Source: the human T2T-CHM13v2.0 reference genome, Homo sapiens. From it: DNA of 64,000 nt. The notes under the pieces are model-generated. The model made no database searches, was not told the DNA's origin, and was given only the letters and a program-made list of their open reading frames with translations. The position numbers and the translations under genes are program-made. The DNA is taken from NCBI RefSeq assembly GCF_009914755.1, contig NC_060929.1, one strand, 5' to 3'. Shown here piece by piece: positions 1-14,348 of the stretch (the stretch's first letter is position 1; every line of letters begins with the position of its first letter).

Positions 1-1503
<1,503 letters not shown>

Positions 1504-1551
1504 TTATTTTGCTCGTTAGTTGATGCAGTTTCTTCCTAGTCTCGATGGTCT

Positions 1552-2582
1552 TTACATTTTGGCATGATTTTGCAGCGGCTGGTACCGGTTGTTCCTTTCC
1601 ATGTTTAGTGCTTCCTTCAGGAGCTCTTGTAAGGCAGGCCTGGTGGTGACAAAATCTCTCAGCATTTGCTTGTCTGTAAAGTATTTTATTTCTCCTTCAC
1701 TTATGAAGCTTAGTTTGGCTGGATATGAAATTCTGGGTTGAAAATTCTTTTCTTTAAGAATGTTGAATATTGGCCCCCCAATATTGGCCCCCACTCTCTT
1801 CTGGCTTGTAGGGTTTCTGCCAAGAGATCCGCTGTTAGCCTGATGGGCTTCCCTTTGAGGGTAACCCGACCTTTCTCTCTGGCTGCCCTTAACATTTTTT
1901 CCTTCATTTCATCTTTGGTGAATCTGACAATTATGCGTCTTGGAGTTGCTCTTCTCGAGGAGTATCTTTGTGGCGTTCTCTGTATTTCCTGAATCTGAAC
2001 ATTGGCCTGCCTTGCTAGATTGGGGAAGTTCTCCTGGATAATATCCTGCAAAGTGTTTTCCAACTTGGTTCCATTCTCCCCATCACTTTCAGGTACACCA
2101 ATCAGACGTAGATTTGGTCTTTTCACATAGTCCCATATTTCTTGGAGGCTTTGCTCATTTCTTTTTATTCTTTTTTCTCTAAACTTCCCTTCTCACTTCA
2201 TTTCATTCATTTCATCTTCCATCGCTGATACCCTTTCTTCCAGTTGATCGCATCGGCTCCTGAGGCTTCTGCATTCTTCACGTAGTTCTCGAGCCTTGGT
2301 TTTCAGCTCCATCAGCTGCTTTAAGCACTTCTCTGTATTGGTTATTCTAGTTATACATTCTTCTAAATTTTTTTCAAAGTTTTCAACTTCTTTGCCTTTG
2401 GTTTGAATGTCCTCCCGTAGCTCAGAGTAATTTGATCGTCTGAAGCCTTCTTCTCTCAGCTCGTCAAAATCATTCTCCATCCAGCTTTGTTCTGTTGCTG
2501 GTGAGGAACTGCGTTCCTTTGGAGGAGGAGAGGCGCTCTGCGTTTTAGAGTTTCCAGTTTTTCTGTTCTGTTTTTTCCCCAT
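1552..2582 (-). pseudogene. L1 ORF1p, inactivated
   Basis: MGKKQNRKTGNSK...EMNEMK then TGA at 2193-2195 (consensus CGA, R130). A 14-bp tandem duplication at 1766-1792 shifts the frame. The C-terminus ...YQPLQNHAKM ends at 1552. Confidence 0.97.
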
Positions 2583-3489
2583 CTTTGTGGTTTTATCTAC
2601 TTTTGGTCTTTGATGATGGTGATGTACAGATGGGTTTTCGGTGTAGATGTCCTTTCTGGTTGTTAGTTTTCCTTCTAACAGACAGGACCCTCAGCTGCAG
2701 GTCTGTTGGAATACCCTGCCGTGTGAGGTGTCAGTGTGCCCCTGCTGGGGGGTGCCTCCCAGTTAGGCTGCTCGGGGGTCAGGGGTCAGGGACCCACTTG
2801 AGGAGGCAGTCTGCCCGTTCTCAGATCTCCAGCTGCGTGCTGGGAGAACCACTGCTCTCTTCAAAGCTGTCAGACAGGGACACTTAAGTCTGCAGAGGTT
2901 ACTGCTGTCTTTTTGTTTGTCTGTGCCCTGCCCCCAGAGGTGGAGCCTACAGAGGCAGGCAGGCCTCCTTGAGCTGTGGTGGGCTCCACCCAGGTCGAGC
3001 TTCCCGGCTGCTTTGTTTACCTAATCAAGCCTGGGCAATGGCGGGCGCCCCTCCCCCAGCCTCGTTGCCGCCTTGCAGTTTGATCTCAGACTGCTGTGCT
3101 AGCAATCAGCGAGACTCCGTGGGCGTAGGACCCTCTGAGCCAGGTGTGGGATATAGTCTCGTGGTGCGCCGTTTCTTAAGCCGGTCTGAAAAGCGCAATA
3201 TTCGGGTGGGAGTGACCCGATTTTCCAGGTGCGTCCGTCACCCCTTTCTTTGACTCGGAAAGGGAACTCCCTGACCCCTTGCGCTTCCCAAGTGAGGCAA
3301 TGCCTCGCCCTGCTTCGGCTCGTGCACGGTGCGCACACACACTGGCCTGCGCCCACTGTCTGGCAGTCCCTAGTGAGATGAACCCGGTACCTCAGATGGA
3401 AATGCAGAAATCACCCGTCTTCTGCGTCGCTCACGCTGGGAGCTGTAGACCGGAGCTGTTCCTATTCGGCCATCTTGGCTCCTCCTCCC
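2583..3489 (-). promoter_or_regulatory. L1 5'UTR: internal sense promoter, antisense promoter and CpG-rich segment
   Basis: YY1 site CAAGATGGCCG (3467-3477). Dense retained CpGs at ~2990-3470 contrast with the CpG-depleted remainder of the window. Confidence 0.9.
3038..3253 (+). CDS. L1 ORF0 (71-aa antisense ORF of primate L1 5'UTR), intact
   Basis: GCAATGG context; MAGAPPPASLPPCSLISDCCASNQRDSVGVGPSEPGVGYSLVVRRFLSRSEKRNIRVGVTRFSRCVRHPFL*. Splice-donor-like CAG|GTGTGG (3143/3144) and CAG|GTGCGT (3228/3229). Confidence 0.9.
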   Translation: MAGAPPPASLPPCSLISDCCASNQRDSVGVGPSEPGVGYSLVVRRFLSRSEKRNIRVGVTRFSRCVRHPFL

Positions 3490-3787
3490 ATGCCATATTC
3501 TTAAAGATAACACAAAACCTTGAAAAAATGTCAATTGAAACACTTCAGTTTGAAAAACTTTTTCATAAGAATATTAAACTGTGTGAACAGTACATCAGAC
3601 CAAGAATTATGTTACTTTACAGTCATTATAACACAGCAGTATGTTTATGATACTAACCATAAACAACTAATCAACCAGAATGACTGCACTCATGTGTATC
3701 AGCAGATTATCGGCACAGTTGGACCCAACAAAGAAATTTTTGTAGTTTTATTGTGTGCCAAAAGTCAAAATAAACTTTTCAGATAAT

Positions 3788-3990
3788 GGTTAGTTACATG
3801 GCTTAGCATAGTTTGAGCCTTGGGCTAATAATGCCAAACAAATGTTAAGAATTCGAGATAGTTAAATTACTTGTCTTTAGCTTCACTACAACAGACTAAA
3901 TACTTCTACCCCCTTGTTCAATACTCTACAAAATACCAAATTCACTTTTGATTTGTGTGGTCAATAAACAGAAGTAAATGAATTAATCAT
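3788..3990 (+). mobile_element. Possible ancient tRNA-Ile-derived SINE (MamSINE1-like), highly decayed
   Basis: TTAGCATAGTTTGAGCCTTGGGCTAATAATGCCAA resembles the tRNA-Ile D/anticodon region, followed by TTAGCTTCACT...ACAGACT. Confidence 0.35.
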
Positions 3991-4025
3991 CTTAAATCTT
4001 TTATAAATGTGAATAAAAAGAATAA

Positions 4026-4334
4026 GGCCATGTGTAGTAGCTCATACCTGTAATCCTAACACTTTGGGGTGGGCAGATCACTTGTGCCGAGGATTTCAAG
4101 ACCAGCTTGAGCAACATGGTGAAACTCCATCACTACAAAACAAAACAAAACAAAACAAAACAAAACAAACAATTAGCTGGGTGTGGTGGCATACACCTGT
4201 AGTTCCAGCTACTCAAGAGGCTGAGGTGAGAGGATCGCCTGAGCTGGGGGAGGTCAAGACTGCAGTGAGCCATGATCACACTATTGTACTCCAGCCTGGG
4301 TGACAGTGAGACTGTCTCAAAAAATGAAATAAAA
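4026..4334 (+). mobile_element. Alu (AluJ-type) with (CAAAA)n in the middle A-rich linker
   Basis: Dimeric Alu; right arm GAGGTCAAGACTGCAGTGAGCCATGATC; (CAAAA)7-like tract at 4136-4172. Confidence 0.95.
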
Positions 4335-4566
4335 TTACTCAAAGTAATTTTTCTGTTATTATTGGTAAAATGGAAGAATTGCTGAGTTCCTTTATTGTGT
4401 TGTGATTAAAAAGATATTATAAAATTACTATAACACTTCAGAAAATGCCAAGTGTAAATTATATACACATAAATGAAGAATAACATATGAAGGTGAAGAA
4501 TAACATATCAAATATTGTTGAACTAAATTTTTCCCTACTTTAGGTAAAACTGATATAAAGCATGCA

Positions 4567-4877
4567 GGCCAGCCCCTGTGGCTCATGCCTGTAATCTCAA
4601 CACTTTGGGAGGCCAAGATGAGAGCATCACTTGAAGATAGGAGTTTGAGACCATTCTAGGCAACATAGTGAGTGCCTGTCTCTACAAAAAATTTAAAAAG
4701 TTGTTTGGTGTGGTAGCATGCACCTATAGTTCCAGCTACTCAGGAGGCTGAGGAAGAATAATGGCTTGAGCCTAAGAGATCACTGTACTCCAAACTGGGC
4801 AACAGACTGACATTATGTCTCTTGAAAAAAACAAAACAACACAAAACAAAACAAAAAAACCAAGAACAACAAAAAAG
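4567..4877 (+). mobile_element. Alu (AluJ-type), right arm partly deleted, degenerate A/C tail
   Basis: GGCC...GGCTCATGCCTGTAATCTCAACACTTTGGGAGG; TSD-like AAGCATGCA/AAGAATGCA. Confidence 0.92.
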
Positions 4878-4968
4878 AATGCAATGGCACAGATTGTATA
4901 TCTCATGTTAAACAAACAAAAACTAATAAACCAATATAAACGCATCACAATTGATTATTTTTCTTTAA

Positions 4969-5240
4969 ACTTTGGGAACTATTGGGAGACAGAGGCAGGA
5001 GGATCATTTAAGGTCAGGAGTTTGAGACCAGCCTGGCCGACATGATGAAACTCTGTCTCTACTAAAAATACAAAAATTAGCAGGGCATGGTGGTGTGTGC
5101 CTGTAATTCCAGCTACTTGGGAAACTGAGGTGGGAGAATCGCTTGAACCAGGGAAGCAGAGGTTTCATTGAGCTGACATTGGACCACAGCCTGGGCAGCA
5201 GAGGAAGACTCCGTCTCAAAAAAAAAGAAAAGAAAAACAA
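4969..5240 (+). mobile_element. Alu (AluS-type), 5'-truncated
   Basis: GGTCAGGAGTTTGAGACCAGCCTGGCC...CTACTAAAAATACAAAAATTAGC...GACTCCGTCTC plus A tail. Confidence 0.93.
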
Positions 5241-5446
5241 AATGGGCAACTAGAAGAAATATATAAATGCGAACATACCCAATTGCTTTGTTACAATTAA
5301 AAGCGACATTATTTTTAATATCATAAATTATAAATGTGCTTTTCCAAGGCATGCTGAAGGACAAAATATTATATATAATCTTAGAGTGAATTGTTATTGT
5401 GCACACAATTTAGGAAATAGAGTACACCAAAAAATATAAATGCATA

Positions 5447-5837
<391 letters not shown>

Positions 5838-8432
5838 TTAGTATATTACATTATTACGACAGCTAAACTATACATAAGGTTTCCTAATTTGCAAAAATCA
5901 ACTGTATGCTTTGTTGTGTTTTTGTCACTTTTTGTTTTTCATTTTTTTACACATGGGTTTGTGTGCAAGTGAAACAGATTTTTAGTAGAATCTTTCCACA
6001 TTTCCATTCATAGTTCAGGCTTTCAAATTGAGGGCAGTGTAGTAAGTCAATGATACAAATCCTTACTAGAATAATTAGTTCCTAATTGGATGAGTTAAAA
6101 ACCATAACAATGGCCTCAGAAGACAATAAGTTAGTCAGAACCTGAAATATATTAAACAGTTTCAACCTTATAATTTTTCTTAACATGCACATTCAGAAAC
6201 CAGAATCAGAGGAGAAATTTCATACATGCAGATGAGCACTTGTGAGCAACTCACAAAATAAATGTTATTTAGTTTGAAAAGCCTTGTGATTTGGGAACCA
6301 ATCTGCTAGATAGATGCCAAATTAACTGATAATTGCCCTAGCCTGAAACTAGCCATACTGTCTGGTACTGATAAGTATTTGAAAAATAACATTTTCGTAA
6401 TTGCATGAATCTCTATTAAATGAAATAAACCTGTAAAAATCATAGAAATACCAAAAAACCAAACATATTGCTAACGCAAATTACTCCTTTGTTAGTGAAT
6501 AATATCTTTTTCTAACATTGCTTAAAGCGATTCAATTGAAAAGCTAAATCCACATTTATACTGCATGTTATGCTTGGATAAAGTCTCTGTTCTTCATAGC
6601 CCATGCTTTACCCACACCAGGATGCTAAATTGTGACAGGGTGTGTGGGTAAAGGCATTTACAAGATAAATCACTGTTAATCATTTACATCCACAAATATA
6701 ATTGGTTTTGTTAAGGATCTGAGTAAAATCATTTGTGGTAATTTCTTTCCTCTCTACCATCGAAGATTATGACTTCTTCAGGATACTCATATAGTGAAAT
6801 TCCATACAACTTTTGTGTCATATATTTGGCTCTTATTACTTATTATGAAAAAAATGTATAGACTTTCTATTTGCCTTCAGTTTTGGAGAAATTTATCAGA
6901 AATGTGAGATTGTCAAATTAACCAATTATTAATCACCTATAGAATATATTATGGGCGTATATTTGCAAACTAGAGAACCGGAAATGAATTATAAGTTCTT
7001 ACAGTTTAGAAAAAAAGCATATTTACTAAGAATTTTTAGTGCCATGTTGCCATATTTTTCCTATACAGCTTCATTTGTGCAATTCTGGTACCCAACATTT
7101 TGTCTTTCTCTTGATTTGAATAATTGATTTTAAATTTAAAAGCATAAATGTAAGCTAATTTGTTTAAATTCAAGACAATTTAGCTACAAGCATGTAGATA
7201 AAAATTTTGTTTGTAGAAAGTACCATTTTAAAATGTATATAAATATATATTTGGTGGTGGAGTGGGGAGATATCATCACTTTCCTTATTTGGACAGAGCC
7301 AGAGATAGTTACATAATGTGTTTTCATTAACTTATGACATAAAATTAGTTTGAAACTCTAACTTTGATGACTCAAATAAATTAAGCTACATAATCTCTAT
7401 GGCCGTGAAGTAAACATATTACATGGTGTAACAATAATGGGATTGTGAAAATTCTAACAGTGAGTCTGGATTTGAGTTCAGTCATCATCAGAGTAAAAAC
7501 AAAGCATGGCATACCCTGATGTGATTCTCTCTGGTTCTTTGTTCCCAAAAGACAAAAACACACACTTAAAGTATAATCAAAAATAATAAAAAAAACTTAT
7601 GTAAACTTGATAGTATTAGAAAACAATTTTTTCTATGTTGCTGCTCTTACTTTTTTACAAAGATAGCCTGTGATTCCCCATGTAATAATTCAATATATAA
7701 CCTCGGCTCACTTATCTCAGTAAATCTTTAGACACGAAATAAACATCCAGTAGCAGAACTATATTTCTTTATTAAAGCCCACTTTGGTTTCCACGTTGTC
7801 CAGGCAGTCAGAAGTTAACCTCTGATTGCTTTCAATGCTACAATCTGCTGCTATCTATGAAAAGATATAGACAGAAAAGATTAGGAATATGATGAGAAAG
7901 GAGTGAAACCTAAGATTTCAACTCTGTGATGTTAAAAAATGGGCATTTTGTTATTTAATATCTAATAAGCCTTTTTAATCCAGTAATTCATGATAATCAC
8001 CATGGAAGGTGATTATCCATGGTGATAATTCTATGGAAATTATTACAAAAGACAAGGAACACATATAAAATTATCTGGTGAGCTTTGAAAATATTGATAG
8101 CTACACTTCCCCTAGATTATCAAATCTAGATCCCCTGAGTGCAAGAGAGTAAAGACGTATGTACTAATGTTCCCTTTCATGATTATGCATTTGTCCATTT
8201 TCTTTTTAGTTTTATGAAATTCTGTTTCTCTACATTATGAAGGTAAGCTATTGTACATATGTGTGTGTGCTGAACACCTCTAATCGATTGCCTATTTATT
8301 GTGTAATATACTTTACTTCCTGCATTGAAATTTACCATATCTAATAATAGTATATTCACACTAGCTTTTTTCAGTGTAGAATTTTTAATGATGTATGCAT
8401 TTCTAAACTTTCTATTTTCATATGTAATTCAA

Positions 8433-8862
8433 CTTTTTAATTGACAAATAAAAATTGCATATATTTATCCTATACAATAGGATGTTTTGAAATATATATA
8501 TGGACATTGTGAAATGGGTCAGTAGAACTATATGCATTACCATATGCATTATCTCACATACTTATTTTTTGTGGTGAGAACACTTAAAATTTACTCTTTT
8601 AGCAATTTTCAAAATATAAAATTGTTATTAACTATAGTCACCATGTTATACAATAGATCTCTTGAACTTACTCCTTCTATCTAACTGAAATTTTATATTC
8701 TTTGACCAACATCTCCCCGACTCCCCAACATCTCTCCAGCTCCCAACACCCAGTAACCACCATTCTGCTCTCTGCTTCTATGAGTTCAACATTTTTAGAT
8801 TCCATATACAATTGAGATAATATATTATTTATCTTTCTGTCCCTGGCTTATTTCACTTAGAA
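8433..8862 (-). mobile_element. L1MA-type 3' end fragment (5'-truncated)
   Basis: TTTTTAATTGACAAATAAAAATTG...GTGGTGAGAACACTTAAAAT...GTTATTAACTATAGTCACCATG...CTGGCTTATTTCACTTAG. Confidence 0.85.
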
Positions 8863-8864
8863 AA

Positions 8865-9050
8865 CTTCACTGCAGGTTAGCCTTCCCCTCTACCAAACTT
8901 TCTTCCTTTGCTCGCTCTCAAGTGTTCTTCTGGAGAACACTTCCAAGAAAACTTCTCACAAGCAAAACACCCTTAGGAGGTAATACACATTAAGACAACT
9001 ACCACTCTAGAATTTAAAAGTAAAGGTGATGTAAAGGTATTTAATTTCAT
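8865..9050. repeat. Inverted copy of 14760-14945 (ERVL LTR end plus flanking old L1)
   Basis: Reverse complement aligns over ~185 bp, with a 21-bp exact core at 9023-9043 vs 14765-14785. Confidence 0.8.
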
Positions 9051-9388
9051 TTTCTAAGAATTTTCAACAGCTCTTGGCCTCTATATCTTAGATTTTTTTC
9101 TTTAAGCAATATATAGAGATTTATTTGAATTTTATCATTTAATTAAGTCTGAAAAATCTTGATTTCAGTCTTACAAATGGAATATTTAGTTCATTTATAC
9201 TTAAATTACTGGCATATTAAGGTTTATATCTTCCATCTTACAATTTGTTTCCTATGTGGCCCAGCTGTTTTCTGTTACTTTTCTTCTATATTGTCTTCTT
9301 TTGCAAAAATAAAATATTTTTATTACATTTCCTTTTTTTAAATTCTTATTTTATTTTCATTTCTCATAGGTTATTGGCTTACAGGTGA

Positions 9389-9522
9389 TGTATTAGTCTG
9401 TTTAATGCTACTGGTAAAGACACACACAAGTCTGGAAGAAAAGGAGGTTTAATTTGACTCACAGTTCCACATGGCTGGGAAGGTCTCATAATCATGGCAG
9501 AGGGCGAAAGGCACTTATTACA
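9389..9522 (-). mobile_element. THE1 (THE1C-like) MaLR LTR fragment nested in the L1PB 3'UTR
   Basis: TGTATTAGTCTG...GGAAGAAAAGGAGGTTTAATTTGACTCACAGTTCCACATGGCTGGG...GAAAGGCACTT. Confidence 0.88.
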
Positions 9523-9681
9523 AGTCTCCAAAGTTCATTGTATCATTTTTATGCCTTTGCATCCTCATAGCTTTCCTCTCACTTATAAGTGAGAACATAC
9601 GATGTTTGGTTTTCCATTCCTGAGTTCCTTCACTTAGAATAATATCTCCAATCTCATCCAAATTGCTACAAATGCTGTTAA

Positions 9682-10044
<363 letters not shown>

Positions 10045-13000
10045 TACCACCATTGCTTTATCCACTTGTTGATTGATGGGCATTTGGGCTAGTTCCCCGA
10101 TTTTGCAATTGTGAATTGTGCTGCTATAAACACTCTGTGTGCAAGTGTCTTTTTGGATAAAGAATTGTTTTCCTGTGAGTAGATACCCAGTAGTGGGATT
10201 GCTGGATCAAATGGTAGTTCTACTTTTAGTTCTTTAAGGAATCTCCATACTGTTTTCCATAGTGGCTGTACTAGTTTACATTTCCACCAGCAGTGTAGAA
10301 GTGTTCCCTGATCACTGCATCCATGCCAATATCTACTGTTTTTTGATTATGGCCATTCTTGCAAGAGTAAGGTGGTGTTGCATTGTGGTTTTGATTAGCA
10401 TTTTCCTGATCATTAGTGATGTTGAGCATTTTTTCATATGTTTGTTGTCCATTTGCATATCTTGTTTCGAGAATTGTCTATTCATGTCCTTAGCCCACTT
10501 TTTGATAGGATTGTTTTTTTTTTCTTACTGATTGCCTTGAGTTTGTTGTAGATTTTGGATATCAGACCTGTGTCAGATGTATAGACTGTGAAGATTTTCT
10601 CTCATTCTGTGGGTGGTCTGTTTGCTGACTGTTCCTTTTGCCGTACAAAAGCTCTTTAGTTTAATTAAGTGTAAATGATTTATCTCTGTTTTTATTGCAT
10701 TTGCTTTGGGATTTTTGTTCATGAAATCCTTGCCTAAGCCAATGTCTAGAAGGGTTTTTCCAATGTTATATTATAGAATTTTTATAGTTTCAGGACTTAG
10801 ATTTAAGTACTTAATCCATTTTGAGTTGATTTTTGTATAAGGTGACAGATGAGGATCCAGTTTCATTCTCCTACATATGGCTAGCCAATTATCCCAGCAC
10901 CATTTGTTGAAAAGGGTGTCCTTTTCCCACTTTATATTTTTGTTTGCTTTGTCGAAGATCAGTTGGCTATAAGTATTTGGGTTTATTTCTGGGTTCAGTA
11001 TTCTGTTTCAATGGTCTATGTGCCTGTTTTTATACCAGTACCATGCTGTTTTGGTGACTATATCATTATAGTATAGCTTGAAATCAGGTAGTGTGATGCC
11101 TCCAGATTTGTTCTTTTTGCTTAGTCTTGCTTTGGCTATGTGAGCTCTTTTTTTTTGGTTACATATGAAGTTTAGAATTATTTTTACTAATTCTATGAAG
11201 AATGATGGTGGTATTTTGATGGGGATTGCATTGAATTTGCAGATTGATTTTGGCACTATAGTCATTTTCACAATATTGACTCTACCCATCCATGAGCATG
11301 GAATGTGTTTCCATTTGTTTGTGTTGTCCATAATTTCTTTCTGCAGTGTTTTGTGCTCTTTCAATCTGTTTCATGTAGGTATTTAAGGCCACGAACTTCC
11401 TCTTAGCACCACCTTTGCTGTATCCCAGAGTTTTTGACAGATTGTGTCGGTACTGTCGTTCTGTTCAAAAAAATTTTTAATTTCCATCTTGATATCATTT
11501 TTTACCTGATGCTCATTCAGGAGCAGGTTATTTAATTTCCATGCATTTGCATAGTTTTGAAGATTCCTTTTGGAGTTGATTTCCAGTTTTATTCCACTGT
11601 GGTCTGAGAGAGTGCTTGATAGTTCAACTTTCCTAAATTTATTGAGGCTCATTTTATGGCCTATCATGTGGTCTATCTTGAAGAAGGTTTGATGCACTCT
11701 TGAATAGAATGTGTATTCTGTGGTTGTTGGATGATATGTTCTGTATATATCTGTTAAGCCCATTTGTTCCAAGGTATAGTTTAAATCCATTGTTTCTTTT
11801 TTGACTTTCTGTCCTGATGACCCGTCTAGTGCTGTCAGTGGAATATTGAAGTCCCCCAATATTACTGTGGTGCTGTCTATCTCATTTCTCAGGTCTGTTA
11901 GTAATTGTTTTATACATTTGGGAGTTCCAATGTTAGGTGCATATATGTTTAGGATTGTAATATTTTCCTGTTGGACAAGGCCTTTTACCATAATATAATG
12001 TCCCTCTTTGTCTATTTTAATTGCTGTTGCTTTAAAATTTGTTTTATCTAAGAATAGCTACCATTGCATGCCTTTGCTGACCACCTGCATAAAATGCCTT
12101 TTTCCACCCCTTTAAGTTTATGTGAGTCCTTATGTGTTTGGTGAGTCTCCTGAAGGCAGAAGATAGTTGGTTGGTGAGTTCTCATTCATTCTGCAGTTCT
12201 GTAGCTTTTCATTGGAGCATTTAGTCTATCTACATTCAATGTTCATATTGAGACGTGAGGTACCATGACATTCATTGTGTATTTTTTGCCTGTGTACCTT
12301 GCTTTTTCGCTTTTGCTTTTTAACTTGTATTTTTGTTTTGCAGGTCCTGTGTGATTTATGCTTTAAAGAGGTTCTGTTTTGATGTGTTTCCAGGATTTGT
12401 TTCAAGGTTTAGAGCTCTTTTTAGCATTTCTTATAGTGGTGGCTTGGTAGTGGTAAATTCTCTTAACATTTGTCTGGAAAAGATTGTATCTTTCCTTCAT
12501 GTATGATGTGTAGTTTCGCTAGATACAAAATTCTTGGCTAATTGTTTTGTCTGAAAAAGCTGAAGATAGGGCCCCAATTCCATCTAGCTTGCAGAGTTTT
12601 AGCTGATAGATCTGCTGTTAATCTGATAGGTTTTCCTTTATAGGTTACCTGGTGCTTTTGTCTCACAGGTCTTAAGATTCTTTCCTTCAGCTTAACTTTA
12701 GATAACCTGATGACAATGTGCCTAGGCGATGATCTTTTTGTGGTGAATTTCCCAGGTGTTCTCTGTGGTTCTTGTATTTGGATGTCTAGGTCTCTAGCAA
12801 GGCTGGGGAAGTTTTCCTCAATTATTCCCCCAAATATGTTTTCCAAACTTTTAGATATCTCTTCTTCCTCAGGAACACCAATTATTCTTAGGTTTGGTCA
12901 CTTAACATAATCCCAGACTTCTTGGAGGCGTTGTTCATATTTTCATATTCTTTTTTGTTTGTTTTTGTTGGATTGAGTTAAAGACCGTGTCTTTGAGCTC

Positions 13001-14348
13001 TGAATTTCTTTCTTCTACTGTTAATTCTATTGCTGAGACTTTCTAGAGAACTTTGCATTTCTATAAGTGTGTCCAATGTTATCTGTCTTCTGGGTCCAGT
13101 CACCAAGCAAGTCTACTGGCTCTGGGCTGGTACTGGGGGTTATCCTGCACAGAGTCATGTGATGTGAACCATCTATGGGTTTCTAAGCTGTGGATACTAG
13201 CACTTTCCGGTGGAGGTGGCAGCAGGGGTGAAATGGACACTGTGAGGGTTCTTAGCTTTGGTGGTTTAATGTTTTTATTTTTGTGCTGGTTGGCCTCCTG
13301 CCGGGAGATGGCACTTTCCAGAGAGCATCAGCTATGGTAGTATGGAGAGGAACCAGCAGTGGGTGGGCCCTAGAACTTCCAAGAGTATATGCCCTTTGTC
13401 TTCAGCTACCAGGGTGGATAAGGAAGTCCCCTTAGGTGAGGGCAGGGCTATGCGTATCTGAGCTCAGATTCTCCTTGGGTGGGTCTTGCTGCAGTTGCTG
13501 TGGGTGATAGGGTGAGGTTCCCAGGTCAATGGAGTTGTGTATCTAGAAGGATTATGGCTGCCTCTGCTGAGTCATGCAAGCTGTCAGGGAAGTCAGGGAA
13601 AGCCGGTAGTCAAGGCCTTACCTAGGGTCCACACAATCCAAAGGGCTGGTGTCACTCCCACCATGCCTCCCCAACAGTCCTGAGTCTGTTTCCAGGCAGT
13701 GGGCTAGCAGGGCTTGAGAACTTGCCCCAGGCTACCTGCCACCCAGCTGCAAAATAACAGGGCTTTGGTTCTTCCCCCACCTGTGGAGTCTGCACATTGG
13801 ATTCATGCCCTCCCCTGAGTTCTGGCCAGGAGGATTCTCATCCTGTTCAAATTGTTACAAAGTTCAGCTGGAGACTTCCTTCTCCCTGTGGCATTTCCCC
13901 CCGTGCCTCTGGCTGCCCTCCCAAAGGGTACCTGTGATGCCAGGCAGGAATGGAGTGCTTGAGGACCCAGTGAGCTCCCAGGGCCTTTCCTGCTGCTTCT
14001 TCTACCCCTGTATTTTGCTTAGCTCTCTAAATTGACTCAGATCCAGGTAAGGTTAGAAACTTCTGCCACAAACTAGACCTTCATTTTCCTCAGTGTGAGT
14101 GTGTGATCGGGGTCAGAGGGTCTCTCTTTCCCACTTCCACAGTTTGGGCACTCAGAATATTTGGGGTGTCTCTCGGGCCCTGCAGGAGCAGTCTGCTTGC
14201 TTCAGACGGTCTGTGGTTCCTCTTAGGATTCCTGGTTTGCTCTTGTAGTCGTTCTGGAGCTAAATTTCACTATGCAAGCCTCCACACGCTGCTCTGTCTG
14301 TCTGAGTCTGAGCTACAATCCAGTCCTACTTCCTGTCCACCATGATCT

